Assembly: GCF_009914755.1 (NCBI RefSeq)
Contig: NC_060934.1
Source of the DNA: the human T2T-CHM13v2.0 reference genome, Homo sapiens
Reading direction: 5' to 3' (one strand)
Length of the DNA: 64,000 nucleotides
The translations under genes were made by a program, and so were the position numbers. Positions 14,763 through 32,782 of the stretch are shown here, piece by piece (position 1 is the first letter of the stretch; the number at the start of each line of letters is the position of its first letter). The notes under the pieces are model-generated. The model was not told the origin of the DNA, ran no database searches, and saw only the letters and a list, made by a program, of their open reading frames with translations.

Positions 14763-15760
14763 CATTCATTTATTCATTCTTTCAACTTATATTTACTGAC
14801 TATCTACTCTGTGCCAATCACGAGGAGAGTGTGACCATAAACAATAAAGATAATAAATAGTAAATGATTTCGTATATTAGAAAATAACATATGCCATTTT
14901 AAAAAAGAAAAAGCAGAATAGAGTAGGCAGGGCTGGGTGATAGGGAAGTTCAGAGCAGATTTCAGTATTAAATAAGGTCAAGACTAGCCTCATTGAGAAG
15001 GGGACATCTGAGCAAGACTCGAAGAGGCAAGAAAATTAGCCAAGCAGACAGCCGGGGGAAGAGCACTGCAGGCAGAAGTAACATCACAACAGAAGCCTAA
15101 GGCAGAAAAGCAGTGGCAGAACAGCAAGGAGGCCAGTGTAAGCAGGGCAGAGTGAGCTACAAAGAGCATAGTAAGAGAGAAAGTCAGAAAGGTATGGAGG
15201 CTGCAGATCATAAGAACTATTGCAGATGTTTGAGCACTAAAACATCAACTGTTTTATTTAGAGGAATCACTCTGGTGAATAGAACGAAGTACGAAGGGCA
15301 AAAGAAAAAATAGGGACAGCCATTGGGAGTTCCCATAGTAACCTAGATGAGATAAAATAATGGCTTAGAACTGGTTGGTGGTAGCAGAAGTGGACACAGG
15401 GTTCAGATTGTAGATATAGTTTGACAATTGAGACAACAGGAATTCATGAAAGATTAAACATAGGCTAGAGAGAACTCAAGATATCTTTAAGTTTTTCGAT
15501 CTGGAGCAACTGGAAGGATAGAGTTGCCATTAACTGAGGTGGGAATGGCTGCAAGAGGAGCAGGAAGAAGAAGAGTCCAGCTGGGGACATGATAAATTTG
15601 AGGTGCATATTAACATCAAAGTGAAGATGTAAAGTAGGCAGTTAGATATACAAGAGCAGGGTTTGAAAGAGAAATCTGAAATGAAAATATAACTTTTGGA
15701 GTTGTCAGCATAAAGGTAGATACAATGAGACTACCAAGGAAGCATGTAGACTAGAAAGAG
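14763..15760 (-). mobile_element. L2 3' region
   Basis: L2 tail attcatttattcattc...tatttactgactatctactctgtgcc and L2 internal motifs (ggagcaactggaaggatagagttgccattaactgag). Confidence 0.75.
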
Positions 15761-15886
15761 GTAGGTTGAAGTCCACTATTGCAAGTGAATGGAAATACAG
15801 GCAGTGATATTCAGAGTATGACTGTAGAATTGAGATTTGCCTTCAGGTGAATTAAAAAAATATGCCCCTTCTGGACAGATGGATTA

Positions 15887-16199
<313 letters not shown>

Positions 16200-16449
16200 G
16201 ACAAGACAAGAAAAAAAAGAAAACTGTGCCACTCTCTGAGTAGACACAGCCCTGCAAGTGTTAGCAGAAAGGCCCACAGTTTGCCCAGCAGAGGGAGGGC
16301 TAGATTTCATCTCCACTCAGACCCTTAGCAGGGTAATATGCAGCAGCCCATGTGAGACATCCTTTCGCTTCACCCTGCAACCCCCACCGTCTGCTAAAGA
16401 GTTCTTAAATTCTCTTACCTCTCACCACTATTGGGCCTCAGTGATTATC

Positions 16450-16700
16450 AGCATCAGCTTTAAAGTTGGACTGCCTGGGTGAGAATCCAGGCTCTGTTCC
16501 CTGCTCGCTGGTGACTTTAGATAAATTACTGATCTTTCCTGAACATCAGTTTCCTAATCCATAAAATGAGAATAATAAGAGTACCTACCTCAAAAGGATC
16601 TTAAAGATTACCTAAGAAAATCTATATAAAATCCATTAACTTAGCCAATATCTCTGACACCTGGCAGGGGCTCAACAAACATTAGTTGATATCATTATCC
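16450..16700 (+). mobile_element. MIR
   Basis: gactgcctgggtgagaatccaggctctg...cagtttcctaatccataaaatgagaataataagagtacctacctca. Confidence 0.8.
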
Positions 16701-18980
16701 CCTTTTAAGTGAAAGAACAGAATCTACTTGTCTACATTCAGATTAAACCTCTCCCTCATCTATAGACCTCATAATTATTATTCAAGAGTGCTTTCATTGA
16801 TTGTTTTCATAACAAAAGACTTTAAAACAAAGCTTCCCTCCGGTGGCCTCATTTTATTGGATTTCTTGACTTCAAAATCAATAAGGCATATTTCCTACAT
16901 GTGCACTAATTAGAAATGCAACATGCCTAAAGTACTGTCTTAAAAAAAACAAACAAACACATTCCTAATGCACAACAGCCTCCTAAAGGATCTTGAGCCC
17001 TTTGAAATCAATTCCAGAGTGGTACATAAAAGGTATGCCCCAGGGTTAGGGCTACAACTGTTAGATGCACTAAGTGTGGGGAACTCCAAGAGTCTGTACT
17101 TTTTATTTCCTTAGCATCCAAAATCTCTGAATTTCAACAGAACAAAACAATATTACATTTTAGAACAAAAGGTAAATATCATTAGCATGTTGTAATTCAA
17201 ACTTTATAAGCTTGAGTATTTGAAGTTCTCTTTATTAAACCTTTAGATAGCCATCTTATTGATGTTTTTGAAAAATGATCAAATTGAGCCTCCCCCAAAA
17301 ATGATGAGTTTTATGAATTCTTTATGAAAAGATTCAAACAAAATTAATTAAATTAAAAAATGTGTTTACTCTAGCCAGAGCAACCAAAATTAAACATGTT
17401 TCCTCACACATACAACCAAAATGAAAGCAGCAAAAAAGGTAAAAAAAAAAATTACTTTAACCAATATGAAATATGAAAACAAAGGAAAACAACAGATTCT
17501 ACTTATATTTAGGTCTTACAATGTCCTTCTGATCATGAATAGCTGGTCAAATCTAATCTCCCTCTTAAAAAAAGCAAAAAGTCATAATTCAATTTCTGAC
17601 TTACCTGAAAAGTAATATTGTACATGAGAATTCCACAAGATGACTTTATGACCCTGACAACATACCATTTAGTTATTTTATAACATGTCAGTTCATACTA
17701 AAAGCTCACCACAATGGCACACATTTTCAAAATTGCAGCTACAGAGAAAGAACAGAAATGCCCCATGGTCAGTTACTCTATGTAGCAATGCCTTCTACTT
17801 AAGGACATTTTGTACCATATAAAAAGTATGCCAAAATGGAGACCCATCTTATATAAGCCCAGCATGAAGGTTACCTACATATTTTTTAAAAGCCATAGAA
17901 CTAAATTAGTCAAATTGAAGTCAAAGAAGAAGCTAATCTAATATATGAGACAACAGAAAAGCTTTCACTGAATCACCAGAACAAGAATAACCTTCAGCTA
18001 CAAGGCATCAACTTTAAGCAACCACGGCAGAAGTAATGTGCCCTTCACATACACTTTGAAAGTGACAGAGGCTTCTGTTGCTGCAAGTCCAGTGAGCCTA
18101 TGGGTCCATCCCATTCCATAATATTGTAAAACAGCTCAACTGTATATGAATTCTCGTAAGGTCTGATATTTTTAAAAAGCAGAGAACAAAAAGAGAATGG
18201 CAAAGGTAGTAGAATTCTCATCAACCTCAATGTGAAGCCAAAAAATTCCCATTTCTTCTTTGTTCTCTGTTCAGCTAGAAATAAATAAAAGCCTGCTTAT
18301 CAGAATAAATAAAATGAAACCAAAGTCCTTGAAAAACACTATATTCATTTTTCTGTAAATCAATAAATACACTTAGGAAAACAAATAGTATGTAACTGGG
18401 GAATTTCAGCTTCTTCTGTGTCTCCTAGTTTTCCATTCTGTCATAATCCTTGAAGAGAATTTTAAAAAGTCTCTGCTAGAATCTTTAAATCTAACCATCC
18501 AAGTTCATTATTTATCAATATTTTCTTAAAGTTTCTCCAGGAACACTAGCTAAATACCTATTAACCCTACTTAACTGTTTCTTATTACACATGTTAAATA
18601 TCCTCTCTATAGGAAATAGATGACTTTTCTCCCCTGGCTTCAAAACACCACCCTCCTGCTTCTCCCCAACAATTTAGAATTCAAGAAACAAATGGAAGCA
18701 AGCAACAAAACATTAGTAACATTAGAAGTATCCCATACACATGGACTGAGAACACATTTGGGGACATGGTGGGCAGACTAGCAATTTGCTGTGGAATTAC
18801 ACAGCAAAAAAAGAAAAGATGGAAAAGCCACAAACACTCATCTTCACTCATCTTTCATAGCAAGAGATTAATAGATACTATTTGAGGTTGAATGCAATTT
18901 CTCATTCATGGAAAAATATGTAAACTTAACCATGTAAAAAGCCTCCCAACCTCATTCATAATAAGAGAAATGCGAATTAA

Positions 18981-19319
<339 letters not shown>

Positions 19320-19579
19320 TCAGATTGGCAAATACCAAAATTTTTATAACAAACTGTTAGTAAGGCTGCAGAGAAACAAATACTCTTATACCTTGCTTGT
19401 GGATATTTAAAACATTATCCCTATGGAGGGCAAATATGCAATACATGTATATGTATATGTATGTATTTAAACTTTGACCCAGCAATTCAGTTTTTAGGAC
19501 TCTACCACAAATATAAAAATAAAAAGTGATGTATTCCCAAGGCAATTAATTGCAGCAATTTTACTAAAACAAAAAAAAA

Positions 19580-19703
19580 AGAGAGAGAGAGAAAAGGAAG
19601 GAAGAAAGAGAAAAAGGAGGGAGGGAGGGAGGGAAGAAAGAAGGAAGGAAGGAAGGGAAGAAAGTCAGGAAGTTAGGCAGGGAGGAAGGGAGGCAGGGAG
19701 GGA
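19580..19703 (+). repeat. GA-rich (GGAA/GGGA)n low-complexity tract
   Basis: Almost pure purine strand, seen directly. Confidence 0.9.
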
Positions 19704-19704
19704 A

Positions 19705-21215
19705 TGTTGGCCCTTTCTTCACATCACATACAAAAACTTACTTGAAATGGATCACAGAGCTAAAGGTAGGACCTAAAGCTATTAAACTTCTAGAAGAAAA
19801 CATAGGAAAAAAATCATTGTAACCTTGGCAAAGTCTTCTTAGATGCAACACCAAAAGCATGATCCATAAACGAAAAAGTTGATAAACTGGACTTCATGAA
19901 AATTCAAACTTCGTGAAAATACAAACCATAGACGGGGACAAAGTATTTTGAAAATCTACATATGACAAAGGTCTTGTATCCAGGAAATAAAAAGAACCCT
20001 TAGAACTCAATAATTAAATGAAAAACAACTCAACTCTTTAAATGGGCAAAAAAAAAATTGAAAAGACATCTTACCAAAGAAAATATATACATGGCAAATA
20101 AGCACATGAAAAATGTTCAACATCATTAGTCACTAGAGAAATGCAAATTAAAGCCAAAATATGTACTCCTCCACACATGCTAGAATGGCTAAAATTTGAA
20201 AGATTATAAATACTGGAGCTAGCAAAGATGAGAAACAACTGGAAATCTCACACATTGCTAGCAAAAACGTAAACTGGTACAGCCACTTTAGAGAAAAGCT
20301 TGGAAGTGTCTTATAAAGTTAAACATATACCCACTCTATAGCTCAGCAATTCCACTCCTTAGGTATTTAGCCAAGAGAAATAAACACTTATGTCCATATA
20401 GATACCTGTATGCAAACATTCATGGTGGCCTTACTCATAAGACAGTCATCCCCCCAATCCTTGGGGGATATGTTCCAAGACCCCCAGTGGATACTTGAAA
20501 CCTGGGATAGTACCAAACCCTATATATACTATGCTTTTTCCTATTCAACACACATATAATAAAGTTTATAAATTAGGCACAGTAAGAGATTAACAACAAT
20601 AACATAATAAAATAGAATGATTTTAGCAATATATTGCAATAAAAGTTATGTGAATGTGCTCACTCATTCTCTCTCGCAAAATATCTTATTTTGTGTCATA
20701 TTTTTGAACCATGGGTAGCTGAAACTGCTAAAAGTGAAACCATGGATAAGAGGGGACTACTGTAGTCAGAAACTAGAAACAACTCAAATTTTCATCTACA
20801 AGTGAATGGATAAACAATCTGTGGCACAAGAATACCATCACATGTTATGCAAGAAGAAAGAATGAACCAAGTATACATGCAATGACATGAACGAATATCA
20901 AAAGCGTTTTGCTGAGTGAGAATCAGACATAAATAAGTACACACTATATGATTCCATTTATATAACATTTTTGAAAGGACAAAAATACAGGGACAAAAAA
21001 CAGATTGGTAGTTGCCAGATGCCAACAGTTGATGTAATCAGTTGACTGCAGAAGGGCACAAAGAAACTTTTTAGCATGTTGGGGATATTCTATTTGATTG
21101 TGGCGGTGATGGTTCTATAACTGTATATGGTTGTCAGAACTCATCAAACTGTAAACTTTAAAGGAGTGAATTTAATATGGTATATATAAGTTATTTCTCG
21201 GTAAATTTGACTTTT
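19705..21215 (+). mobile_element. Old L1M (L1MB/MC-like) 3' region, interrupted by a DNA transposon
   Basis: Degenerate ORF2 3' motifs (cttctagaagaaaacatagg, gaaatgcaaattaaa) and an L1M-type 3'UTR (tatgattccatttatataac). Confidence 0.8.
20443..20763 (+). mobile_element. MER44A-like TcMar-Tigger MITE
   Basis: Terminal inverted repeats cagtcatcccccc... / ...ggggactactg(ta); gttccaagacccccagtgga core. Confidence 0.8.
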
Positions 21216-21685
21216 AAAAACATCTTTTGTGTTCATCTCTTATCCCAGTGGCACAGAAATATTTCTACATTATTTCATTCACTATATAATTACAAGTTTC
21301 CACTGATATCCTTTGGCTCCAGGAGCTCTTCCTTAAGTTCTCTGAATTAATACTTTCAAAAGTTGATTCACTTTTTCGAAGTGTCTTGGCCCTTCTTGTA
21401 CATCTGTCAATTTACAGTATTTGGTGCCTAAACCCTACCTAACTTCTTAATAGTATTCATTCCCAGGCTTCACACCTGTGTGTTCAGGTTATTCTCAATA
21501 TCATCCTGTGCATCTGATCAGTTATGTGTTATATATTTGATTTATAATTTTTCTGGCAAGAACTCTAAGTCAACCTATCTATGTGTTTACAAAACTACAA
21601 AAACAAGAGCTTTCAGTATTTGTTTTTGTACTGCTTTAAAAAAAAATTTCTTTTTATTTTTCTTTGTGTGTGTGTGTGTGTGTTA

Positions 21686-22003
21686 AAGCTAGCTGAGGTT
21701 TTATTTTGGACCAAAAAAAAAAGCAATTGAATTGTTTTGTAGCTGGAGGCATGGGCAAGTGCGGTCCCCAGTCAGTAAACTCTCCCGTGGGTGGGCTGAG
21801 GGGCTAGGGCTGAGCCTCAGGTGGGTCTCCTCTTCCCTGTGCTCCTCTGCACAACGGCCTCCCTCCCAGGATCTGGGGCAGCCGCAGGAGGGGCAGGCTG
21901 GGAGGGGCTGCCGCAGCTGTTGACTTGGGCAGGACGTCAGAGGACTCGGACACCAGCTTCCCATCGCGGGTCTCGGTCTTCTTCACAACCACAGCCCTGG
22001 TGA
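21686..22003 (-). pseudogene. 5'-truncated processed KRT8 (keratin 8) retrocopy: last codons plus 3'UTR
   Basis: Encodes RAVVVKKTETRDGKLVSESSDVLPK (KRT8 C-terminus), followed by KRT8-like 3'UTR, AATAAA (21705-21700) and an A/(AC)n tail at ~21648-21684. Confidence 0.92.
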
Positions 22004-23870
22004 ATCATTTCTTATTGACCTTACTTTTAACAACGAATAAAAAAGAGCCAAATGACTGTCCCTGGCTCATCATGTTAATATCAGAAGACAACACTGAAAA
22101 TCCTTCGCAAATTTTAACTACTACCCTCTTGTCTTTTTTCAATTCTGCTCTCTGACAGCAGCGAGTTTCTAAGCTAGTTCACTTAGACAAGCCCAGTTTA
22201 GTGAGTACAAGGCCCAGAGTCCAGAATCTTCAACATAGTAGGTGTCCTGCGAGTATGTGAAGATGAAAGTACATTATAAAGTCCTGTCTCTGGTTTCCTT
22301 CTTTCTACCCAACAACTTTTTTTACAAGTTAGATCAATCCAGTTAATTTTGACCTTACTGAAGTTGAAATTCAAGTTAAATTTACTGCTAGATTAAAAGT
22401 GTGAAAAGAAGGAAAGTAGCTAATCCCATTTACAACAATTTATTTTTTAAAATTGTAGGACTAGTATTCATACATTTATACAAAATTGCTAAATATATTT
22501 TATTTTAAACATTGTCTTGATCATGTCTGTTCTATTATGTAGATATTTTATCTTATTTAGATCACTCTGGTGTTTCCAAAAAACTAAGCTTCTTTAATCT
22601 CTCTTCTGAACTAACCAAATTTTTTTCTGAACATTTGGGGCCACATTTACTTTCACATAAGTTAGTGTGTGGGTTAAAAGGGCAGCATTTCTTCACTATT
22701 TTTCACCAAAACACGAGTGACATTTAAAGCATATTTAATATTTATAATCTAATATACTCTCCTCATTCCAGACTGCCACCAAGGTAAGAGAAGGCAACTG
22801 GTTTGTATGAAACTCCACCATAAGATTTCTGAAACCCTATATTTTCTCTCTCATCTATCCATAATACACCAGAGTTATCATTGAGAATTGCTGCATTTAT
22901 TTTATTGTTTTTTTTCTTACTCCTGGCTCTGTTTTATATCCCACACTTGTTTTCTTTCTTCTTTCACTCCACATTTAATTTATCCTATCTTGAATTTCAT
23001 GTAGCCTTATAAGTCACCTTAAATCCTTTCTAGAACAAGACAAGGAATAAATAAAGAGTCATTCTAGGTATCTGAAAAAGCAATCTTTTCTCATTTACCT
23101 TAGATAAAGCCTTACAACTTTAACTTCTTGCTGCCTCTTAGCTATGCTCTACCGTATTGAATACACAAGTATCAAAAATCATGAGTTTCTCCTTTTTTGC
23201 TTTACCAATTCTCTGTTTAAAAATATTTAAGTCTGCGCACAAAAACTACAGGGAAAAATCCATGCACAATTTAAGTTTAAAAGCCCATAACTTTTAATTA
23301 AAAGCAATTAAATTATTTGCACAAATAACCTACTCGCTGTACAATTTTTGTGTCTAAAGTATGTAAAGTTTCTAGTGCCTTGCATACAGTTACTCAATCA
23401 TTATAGTAATAGCTCAGTTACAGAGTAGGAGTTTTTAAATGAGCTGATGTAAGACTACTATAGCTTGGGTATTGGCACATGAGAATCTGTTTTAGTGCTA
23501 TTTTTAAAACCACTAATAAACAGCAGACTCGAGCCTCTGCTCAATTGAATCTGCCTGAGTTGTGAAAGAAAAAATGTGTAAGAGAACCACATTTTTATCT
23601 AAATCTGAAATGCCTGCTAATATACTCGGAAAAGTAGACATTTAAAATTGGAGCTTTCATAAAATAGTCTAGAGTTTAGTGTTACTAAAACGAAAATTAG
23701 TTATAAAAGTAAAAATTGCACAACATAATAGTTTCTATTCATCCCATTTTATAGAAATAATGTCCTTTCATTTCCCCCAAAGTTATCTAACCGAGCAACA
23801 GATAATCTATAATTACTAGGATTTGCCTTATAGCAAAGTTTGATTTTTAAAAGTTTGACACTCCACTCAC

Positions 23871-23990
23871 CTACTGCAGGACAGAGTATTGCCCATATAC
23901 AGATACTAAACCAATTGTCTAAGCAATTTCTTGTATTTAGAAATTCAGTGCCACTATCATGGCTCACAATTTGGCTTATGATGCATCTGT
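23871..23990 (-). other. CTNNA3: Candidate alternative non-coding first exon of CTNNA3; 5' end approximate
   Basis: Consensus donor TAG|GTGAGT (GT at 23870-23869) in repeat-free sequence. I recall a CTNNA3 variant with a first exon ~18 kb upstream of exon 2; not verified here. Confidence 0.5.
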
Positions 23991-24404
23991 AAGCAAACAG
24001 CCTGACAAGCACCCTAGTGTATTTCAGGATGACTGACAGGACACAGTGGCCCAAGCAAGAAGGGGGGATGGGTGCTCTTAAAGCAACATGCCAGTGAAGG
24101 GTAACATCAAACAGCAGAATCAGACCTGAAATTCTATTTTTCAGATTTACAATGAAATAATAATACATTACCCACTATCAACTTCTAAATACAACTTGCA
24201 TGGTCATTATGTACCCAAAACACTGTAAATCCCAAAGTAGAATTTTTGAGAATTTGTAAAAGTAGAAAGAAAAAATATAAAACAGGCATGTTATATGATA
24301 CTTCCCTGAAGCGATCAAGCTTTCAGGTTACTTAAGAATATGCCTGTTATTTTTAACAGAAATTAAATCAGGCTATCCACAGAAAAGCCATTCTTTCTTT
24401 TCCT

Positions 24405-24515
24405 TATAATATCAACTTTTATTTTAGATTCAGGAAGTACTTGTACAGGTTTGTTATATGGGTATACTACATGATGCTGACATTTAGGGTATAATTGATC
24501 CCGTTACCCAGGTAG
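24405..24515 (-). mobile_element. Short old L1PA/PB 3'-end fragment
   Basis: caacttttattttagattcagg...tgtacaggtttgttatatgggtata...gttacccaggtagtg. Confidence 0.75.
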
Positions 24516-26669
24516 TGTCCAGTGGTGGGGTGAGAAAAGCAGTTCTTATCTCACCTTCATATATTTGTCAATAGCTCTTACAACAGTAATTTAGGAATAA
24601 CTAATGAAGGTAATTTAAATATCTTGAATTAATCTGAATTGTTATTGAGGATAGGGGCCAGAGATTCACGTATTTTCCCCCTACTGCATTCCTTCCCTAT
24701 GACCTACTTCATGATTAAAATATAGACCAAAAGATTCAGAAATTCTACTTATAGATATTTCTACATTAATTTCACTTTAGAAAACATTTTAGTAACATAT
24801 TGGCTTCATTCTTCACATTTACAATTTTTTCCTATATTATTTCACAATACTCTGCACTGCTCAATCCTTTTATAATAGAGCAATCATCCATATTTTAAAA
24901 ACAAACAAACAAAAAAGCCAAGTCACTCATTTTTAAACACAATTCCTCATTTAGCCAGCAGAGGGTATTATTAGATTCTGAAAGCCCACATATTGCACCC
25001 AATGACATGTATTTTTATACTTCAGCTAGGAACTGGGACACATCATCTCAACTTTCCTTAGTAAATGTGCTTAGAAATATCCCATTTTATTTTGCCCATA
25101 TAAATTTGACTTTTAGAGCCCAGATTAATGCTTCTCATCTGTATCACACTACCATTATTTCCTCCTCTATCTGCTCCAACAGCTGCATCCTCTGAAAAAA
25201 AGCACTAGAAGACCAAGAAGTGGCAGAATTACCAAGAAGAAGCAGAATTGGGTTCAATCATCAGAAAGACTTCCCACAATCCTAAATTTTTCTGGGACAA
25301 ACAAATGAACAACAATCTTACATAAAGATTCTAAGCTCCATTAGAAAATCGAAAACAAATCCTGAAGAAAACAGAACTAAATTACAGGATAAAATCTCTC
25401 TTCAAAATTATATGACATTTGTAACCTCTTTAACTCCCTGTTTAATATTTGCTAAATTTTCATTATATATTAGAAGCCACAGACTAATTTTAAAGATATA
25501 CTTCCTGTTATTACAGCATTAATATATTTCTCATAAACATGCGGTATTATGACTAACAAAGTTCCCTTACAATTTATAGGTTCTTTATTTCACAACTTAA
25601 CACTCACTTAGTGTGGAAAGACATGGACAGCAATTTGCCTGATTTATTCTAAAAATAAAAATTTTACTATCTAATTAGCTAAAATCATTAACTTCCACAA
25701 ATTTATCTTGGCTGAAGATAAAAAATTTTCTGTTTCTTTGATGCAATTATATCACAAACATCAAGTTAACTAAGTTAACTATGGCAAAAGTGAAAAAGCA
25801 ATTTCAAAGAGCAATCTCTTTTTCCTGCTCTCAGATTTGCCACTAATGGCACATCCTCTATGCTAAAGTACTAAATTTTCCAAAGAGAAAATAAATGTTA
25901 ATTCTCTTCCTCAATTGTCATTCAAAATAAAAAATTATAGGTTATTTTCCTTTAAAGGGGAATTCTATTTCTAATAATAAAAACAAGCATTGGGTTCTTC
26001 ATTGAAAGAAACTGCTCTATAAGATCGTCTCTCATACTCAAATGTGGCAGTTTCTTTCCTCATGTAATAACTAACAATAGCCAGGTAAATATCATATTTT
26101 ACATTTGGAAATAAAATAGGATACCTCTTAATTATATTCTTTTATGAAATTTTATATCTTCAATTTTCTAAACAGATACATTCGCTGTAATATAAAATAG
26201 ATACCTGGGCTTTTTTCTCAAATTAACTTATAGGATAACCCACTATTCAGAATAAAACTGAAAAGTCAGTTTTGCCAGTAATTTGCTTATCCTTTTTGCC
26301 AATCATCCACACATTTTGGAATATGTATATAAATAATTTTGTTATTGTTGTTGTTTCTAGTTACCCACTTAATTCTACTTTACTTTTCAGCTCTGAGTTT
26401 GGTACCTGACACAGGCTCTCCTGAACTATGTCTCACTCAATGGTTTTTGGTTTTCGCAGGTGCCTTAAGAACCTACATCTAAAGGCCTTATTAGCCTCAA
26501 TTCTATTTGTAGATTAAAAAAAATTAAGGATAACGCTTAGGGGTAGGGAGAGATTGAATAAGCAGTGAATAGATACTACTTACTTAAAATACTCCTTTTT
26601 ACTTTTAGCAAAAATGCCTCCATACACTATATGCTGTATCTGAATTTTCAATATATTTTATATAGGCAA

Positions 26670-27430
<761 letters not shown>

Positions 27431-29353
27431 GGGCCTATTGTATTTCATTTATCTTCAAAACAACTTATTATTCCCCTAAATTACAGCAGTGGGCTCTTAG
27501 CAGGTAATATTCACACCAATTGACAGGTATAGTGCAAGCTCGGACTCTGACATAGGTTAGGTATGCTAAGTTTGAGGTGCAGTGGCATATGCAAATAGTT
27601 ATGTCCCATGAGCAACTGGAAATGCAGAATCCATGAACTTTGGAGAAAAATTATGCCTAGAGATACAGATATAGTAACCTGTCCATCCATGTTACACTCT
27701 AATCCATAAGAGTAGATGAGCTCTCCCAAGATTAACTATAGAAGGAATGAGGCAGCCACATTACAAAACAAGTACAGTGAAGAATATGATGAGAAGAAAT
27801 GTCATAATAAGAATAGTAAGAAATGCAAAACAAACTGGGTTCAAATTCAAACTCACTTTACCCTCTTTGGCCTCATCCACAATGACCCCAATTTACCCTG
27901 TTTTCCTGATGTGAAATGAGACCTATAAAACTTCTATGAAGAGTAATTACTTATAAAATTACACATAGAATATAATGGAATGCTAATTACCATGCCAAAT
28001 AATTCATTTATCAATTATTGTTATTTTGTGGAAAGATACTTTTCTCTTTGTGAAATTCTGCTTTTCAAAACCAAAATGCCATTGAATTTTAGAGGGCTGC
28101 TGTGAAACACATCAAACAGATTGCCCCTTTGATTTTTAAATGGATAGAGAATGATTATGTCCACACAGCTTTATTTAGCAAATTGAATCCATGCCATCAA
28201 TGGAAGTCTTCTACTCCATCCACGTTAATAATTTATAATTGGATAGCAAGAAAACCTGGTACTGAAATGGAAATATGTTTAGAGCTTCTTCCAAAGTTGC
28301 AACATGCTTAATAAATTAAAGGGACACTAACACATATTAATAAACTGAGTATTTTTTGGAAGAGTGGGTATAGAATGGTTAAAGATAGAATACCGAACTA
28401 AACACAAACAAATGACACTAAGAAAAAATAGAAACCTCTGTGTCTTGTTCCCACATAAGACTTGTGGAGTTGTGCCAACCTGCTTCATTCCAGAGCAGAG
28501 AGCCACTCAGTCACTGAGGCTATATTAGAAAGAGAGGAAGGAAATCCTTTTCTCCCACACTCTCTGTTTCCAAAGATAATAACAGAAAACTAGAGAGTGA
28601 TGGATTTCACTACTAAGCAGCCATGTCTATTTTACTCATGTCTTTCATTGACTCTCTAAGTCTAGTTCTACTGATTTTGCATAATAGAACAAAAGAAATA
28701 TATGTACAAAAACAAAATCAATTTTGCAAAACTTGTAATATCCCTAAATTTTCCAAAATATAACTGCTATAGTCACTAAATTAAAACTATAACATCATTC
28801 CTATTAGGTCATCAATTGTATTCAAAAGAATGAAGCTTATCACAGAGAAAGGTAAAATAATTAAATTCAGTCATAGAGCCAATGAATCACACTTCTTTTA
28901 CTTCAAATGATAACCCTGCCAAATCAAACAGTCTGAGTAACCCACACACACACATCCCAAGCCAATCCACTTTTATCCCCCTGGGTCTTGGGTGCACAGA
29001 ATTAGACTGACACAATCAATCATGGTCCTAACTGGTGGACTAGTCTATGAAAAGCCTGTTTTATTTTTTGTTTTCATAGTCTATATTCCCTGTTCTCAGT
29101 TCCATTCCCCTCTCTGCTTCTTATGGTAGTTAATGGGTACATTTCCAATTAAACTTCCGTAACTTTTTTTACATATGCTATATACGTCTACAAGAATATA
29201 TAACTTTATGTGTATGGATGTTTAAATTTACACAAATAATATTGTATTTCCCATCTCTTTCTACTTCTATCTCTCTGTGTCTGTTTCATTGTGTGGTTTT
29301 GTTTTTTTGTTTGTTTGTTTGTTTTTTGGTCTATCTATGTTGGACTATAAAGA

Positions 29354-29682
29354 TGTGGTAAACATTGCATGTTTGCTCACTCAGCACATAGTCCCAACCT
29401 TATTCTCCCTTATCTTTCTCTGCTATGGAGGCAGGACATTTGATTTCCCAGCCTTCTTTGCAACTCAGAATGGCATGTGAAAGAATTCTGGCCAATGAGA
29501 CGGTAAAGCTTTTGCTTTCCCTATCAAAAGGACATCAGCATCCTTGCCATGTCTTCCTTAACCTGACTGTGGTAAGGTGCCTGGAAATAAAACAATCTTA
29601 CTGCAAAGCTGAAGAGGAAGGATGACAGAGCAGAACTATAGAAAGAACTTGGGCCCTTGATGACATCCGTTATTAACTTCTT
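29354..29682 (+). mobile_element. Old MLT1 (J/K-like) LTR split by the L1 insertion; continues at ~32132-32195
   Basis: ttcccagccttctttgcaact...ttctggccaatgaga motif; the 3' part ctctagacttcttgttatgtga lies after the L1. Confidence 0.65.
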
Positions 29683-32211
<2,529 letters not shown>

Positions 32212-32397
32212 TTCCTTTATTTTCCATTGTGTAGCATTCTATCACATGCATTTATAAATATATTTTGTGTCCATATCACTAATCAAGCACGTTTCGGTAA
32301 TAGCCAACTCTTTGCTGTAGGAGACAATGCTGTAATAAACATTCTCATACATGTCTCTTTGTGTGCCTATGCAAGAGTCCCTCTGGTGTATACATTC

Positions 32398-32782
32398 TGT
32401 TATGGGCTAAATTGTATCTCCTCAAAATTCCTGTGTTAAAGTCCTAAACCCTAGTACCTCACTCACGATATGACTGTATTTGGAGATAGGTCCGTTAAAG
32501 AGGTGATTAGGTTAAAATGAGGCTGTTAGGATGGGCCCTAATTCAGTCATACTGGTGTCCTTCTAAGAAGAGGAAATTAGGACATAGAGAAGAAAAGACA
32601 TCAGGAATGTGCACATAGAGGGGCAACCATGTGAGAAAGGTGGTCATCTGCAAGCCAAGGAAAGAGGCCTCAGAAGAAACCAAACCTGCCAACACCTTGA
32701 TCTTGGACTTATAGCCTCCAGAACTGTGAAAAAATAAATTTCTCTTGCTTAAAGATCCCAGTCTGTGGTATTTTACTCTGGC
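32398..32782 (+). mobile_element. MLT1A/B solo LTR, nested in minus-strand L1ME-like sequence (~32215-33570)
   Basis: tgttatgggctaaattgt...tatttggagatagg...gcctccagaactgtga...ctaataca. Confidence 0.88.

Noticed and set aside
21701-21992. ORFs extending the KRT8 tail past its lost stop codon
   Set aside because: No ATG or promoter in the 5'-truncated fragment; the track's starts are alternative codons or chance.
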